From positions 1 through 38,416 of the forward strand of contig DASYSW010000331.1 in assembly GCA_036002905.1 (NCBI GenBank): a DNA stretch of 38,416 nt, read 5' to 3'. The stretch's first letter is position 1. Each line of letters begins with the position of its first letter. Shown here one piece after another: positions 36,401 to 38,416 of the stretch. The notes under the pieces are model-generated. The model searched no databases. It saw only the letters and a program-made list of their open reading frames with translations, and was not told where the DNA came from. The position numbers were made by a program, and so were the translations under genes. This DNA is from Chitinophagaceae bacterium. GTDB taxonomy: Bacteria; Bacteroidota; Bacteroidia; Chitinophagales; Chitinophagaceae.

Positions 36401-36973
36401 ACATATGGTTATGAGAGCCGGACGTTAAATGATTGGATATTTAAGGTGAGATTTAATTTGAGCCGCTCCGTCACTTTTGATGTAAATACAAAAAAGGAAA
36501 TTAATTCCGTCAGCGCTGACAATCCCCAGTTTGAAAATCATAATTACAGGATCAATGAATGGTTGGGTGAACCGAGATTGACCTTTATCCGGGGTACAAA
36601 ATTCCGTTTTGTAACCGGGTATTCTTATGATTTTAAGAGAAACGATACGGCATTTAATGGCGGGCAAAAGGCCACTTCACACGCCATGAATTTCGAAACG
36701 AAGTATAATGTACTCCGCAGCGCATCGATCACAGCAAAGTTTACTTACAATATGATTGATTACACAGATAAGACCACTATTAACAATATTAACAGCACAG
36801 TGGGATACATTATGCTGAACGGATTACTGCCGGGAAAAAATTATCTATGGAACCTAAGCTTCACCAAAACCTTATTGAACAATCTTGAGCTGCGATTTGA
36901 CTACGAAGGGCGTAAACCCGGCAATTCAAGAACGGTACACAGAGGAACGGCTAGTTTGAATGCGTTGTTCTAG
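33464..36973 (+). CDS. Large (1169 aa) predicted outer-membrane beta-barrel protein, family not recognised
   Basis: The signal peptide is [22 protein letters not shown], with a TTG start. The amphipathic beta-strand-rich composition has many Y/F/N/T alternations and the C-terminal residue is Phe (...ASLNALF). There is no competing ORF. Confidence 0.7.
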   Translation: [1169 protein letters not shown]

Positions 36974-37120
36974 AACCACGACTGACAAGATCGAAGGGGA
37001 TTAAAAGAAAATGCTCAGGTAGCCCCTTTGTTGTCAATATATATAACGGTGTGCGAATTTAAAATGTCTCAATTATTTCACAGGAATCTTTAATAATCCT
37101 GAAAATCGTGGTGCTATCGG

Positions 37121-38218
37121 CTAGACGTTGAACCTGAAATGCATTACATCTCCGTCCTTTACTACATATTCTTTTCCTTCTATTTTCAATCTGCCTGCGT
37201 CGCGGCAAGCGGCTTCGGAGCCGAATTGTATGTAGTCGTTGTACGCGATTACTTCGGCCTTTATAAAACCTTTTTCAAAGTCAGTGTGAATAACGCTTGC
37301 AGCCTGTGGTGCTTTCCAGCCCTGGTGAATGGTCCAGGCACGAACCTCCTGCTCACCCGCCGTGAAGTATGTAAACAGATTTAATAATCGGTAAGCGGAA
37401 TGGATCAAACGATCCAATGCGGGTTCTTTCATCTGGTATTCTTCCATGAACAATTCCTTATCCGGGCTTTCCATCGAAGAGATCTGTTCTTCAATTGAAT
37501 TATTCATGATGATGACTTCTGAGTTCTCATTTTTTACAGCATCTTTTAGTGCATCGGTAAATTTATTTCCTGTGTGCATGGAAGCTTCATCAACGTTTGC
37601 CACGTACAATACAGGTTTATCGGTCAACAAAAACAGGTCAGCGACCGCCACCTTTTCTTCCTTCGTCAAACTTAACTCGCGAATGTTTTTTCCTTTTTCA
37701 AGATGCTCATAGCACCTTTTAAGGATTTCCAACTCTGCTCTCAGTTTAGCATCACCAGTTTTCGCAAGTTTTTCGGTTCGCTGAATTTTCTTCTCCACAC
37801 TTTCCAGGTCCTTTAATTGAAGTTCAGTATCTATGACATCTTTGTCGCCTACCGGGTTAATCGGTCCTTCCTCGCGCAAGATGTTTTCGTCTTCAAAACA
37901 TCTCACTACATGAATGATAGCATCCACTTCACGGATATTTGCCAGGAATTTATTTCCCAACCCTTCACCCTTGCTGGCACCGCGAACTAAACCGGCGATA
38001 TCGACGATCTCGATCTGCGTTGGTACGACACGGTTTGGATGAACCAAGGCAGCCAATTTATTTAATCGCTGATCAGGTACATCTACCAAACCTACATTTG
38101 GCTCAATCGTGCAAAAACGATAATTACTCGCCTGCGCTTTTGCACTATTGCTGACTGCGTTGAATAAAGTTGATTTACCCACGTTAGGCAAACCCACAAT
38201 TCCTGCTTGTAGACCCAT
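37121..38218 (-). CDS. ychF: Redox-regulated / ribosome-binding ATPase YchF
   Basis: GIVGLPNVGKSTLFNA (P-loop), DIAGLVRGAS and the C-terminal TGS-like block AWTIHQGWKAPQAASVIHTDFEKGFIKAEV are present. Confidence 0.95.
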   Translation of the reverse strand: MGLQAGIVGLPNVGKSTLFNAVSNSAKAQASNYRFCTIEPNVGLVDVPDQRLNKLAALVHPNRVVPTQIEIVDIAGLVRGASKGEGLGNKFLANIREVDAIIHVVRCFEDENILREEGPINPVGDKDVIDTELQLKDLESVEKKIQRTEKLAKTGDAKLRAELEILKRCYEHLEKGKNIRELSLTKEEKVAVADLFLLTDKPVLYVANVDEASMHTGNKFTDALKDAVKNENSEVIIMNNSIEEQISSMESPDKELFMEEYQMKEPALDRLIHSAYRLLNLFTYFTAGEQEVRAWTIHQGWKAPQAASVIHTDFEKGFIKAEVIAYNDYIQFGSEAACRDAGRLKIEGKEYVVKDGDVMHFRFNV

Positions 38219-38268
38219 GATACCCCCAATCCGCCGCGCGGAGAGTTTTAGTTTTTAAAATTGAGGCG

Positions 38269-38276
38269 CAAAGATA
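38269..38276 (-). promoter_or_regulatory. Candidate -7 box TATCTTTG for ychF, immediately downstream of a degenerate heptad repeat
   Basis: The minus strand reads ...cgccgttctcaccTATCTTTGcgcc, about 50 nt upstream of the ATG. It is the same octamer as upstream of mtaB. Confidence 0.4.
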
Positions 38277-38305
38277 GGTGAGAACGGCGAATAGACGAAG
38301 CGGTC

Positions 38306-38416
38306 TTATTCATTTTCCGGCGGCACATTTGTTACTAAATTATTGAGTTCTGCCTTTCCTTTTATATTATGTGAGGTCCAGCGAAGACTCCAGATACCTC
38401 CTTGTAAAATCGAAAC
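38306..38416 (-). CDS. Possible 3' end of a gene that starts beyond the right edge
   Basis: The minus-strand frame is open for 36 codons from the window edge to TAA (...LQGGIWSLRWTSHNIKGKAELNNLVTNVPPENE*). It is too short to assign. Confidence 0.3.
   Translation of the reverse strand, partial: VSILQGGIWSLRWTSHNIKGKAELNNLVTNVPPENE

Noticed and set aside
36974-37120. Possible bidirectional terminator between the large OMP gene and ychF (AAGGGG...CCCCTT and CAGGA...TCCTG stems)
   Set aside because: The stems are short with 11-23 nt loops, and they lack a clear flanking T-run on either strand.
1-38416. Search for mobile elements, prophage, a defence island or a toxin-antitoxin pair
   Set aside because: I recognised no integrase, transposase, recombinase, reverse transcriptase, phage structural genes or restriction/Cas/Abi-type genes. 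No long terminal inverted or direct repeats bracket a gene block. Composition looks uniform by eye, though I did not compute it.

Overview
The window looks like a Bacteroidota chromosome segment, probably Chitinophagia or Sphingobacteriia-like. That placement is an inference from gene content, several TAnnTTTG -7 promoter boxes, the absence of Shine-Dalgarno sequences and a type-B sdhCAB operon. It is mostly core or housekeeping DNA, with about 30 CDS and one tRNA.

Gene content, in order:
- A DUF1553/DUF1501 pair.
- An orphan HKD/PLD-superfamily gene.
- A periplasmic oxidoreductase cluster: a secreted creatininase-family protein, a PmoA-like protein and a TAT-exported Gfo/Idh/MocA enzyme.
- mtaB, a TraB/GumN gene, ndk and tRNA-Lys(CTT).
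- A co-directional five-gene envelope/signalling cluster: an OmpA-family protein, a lipoprotein, a DUF4412-like protein, a propeller/Y_Y_Y LytS-type histidine kinase and a LytTR response regulator.
- A CBS-domain cysteine-synthase-like gene.
- An ECF sigma/anti-sigma pair with divergent small membrane proteins.
- An S41 protease, a MurNAc-recycling pair (BadF-type kinase plus murQ), and sdhCAB.
- A 1169-aa predicted outer-membrane protein, and ychF.

I found no rRNA, CRISPR array, transposase, integrase, reverse transcriptase or recognisable defence operon. I cannot point to a convincing new multi-gene system.

The unexplained signal is mostly non-coding:
1. A family of heptad tandem-repeat elements (nnGGTGA and variants) with inverted arms, usually directly upstream of gene starts.
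2. An sdhC-sdhA spacer expanded to 389 bp by repeats, including a 65-bp-period tandem duplication.
3. Three copies of TGTAACC-N17-GTC(A/T) in the ECF sigma intergenic region.
4. A 780-bp gene-free region with a strand-biased GGAT array phased at about 20-22 bp and a perfect 14-bp direct repeat, upstream of the cluster that encodes the LytTR regulator.

All family names come from motif recognition by eye and need HMM or BLAST confirmation.
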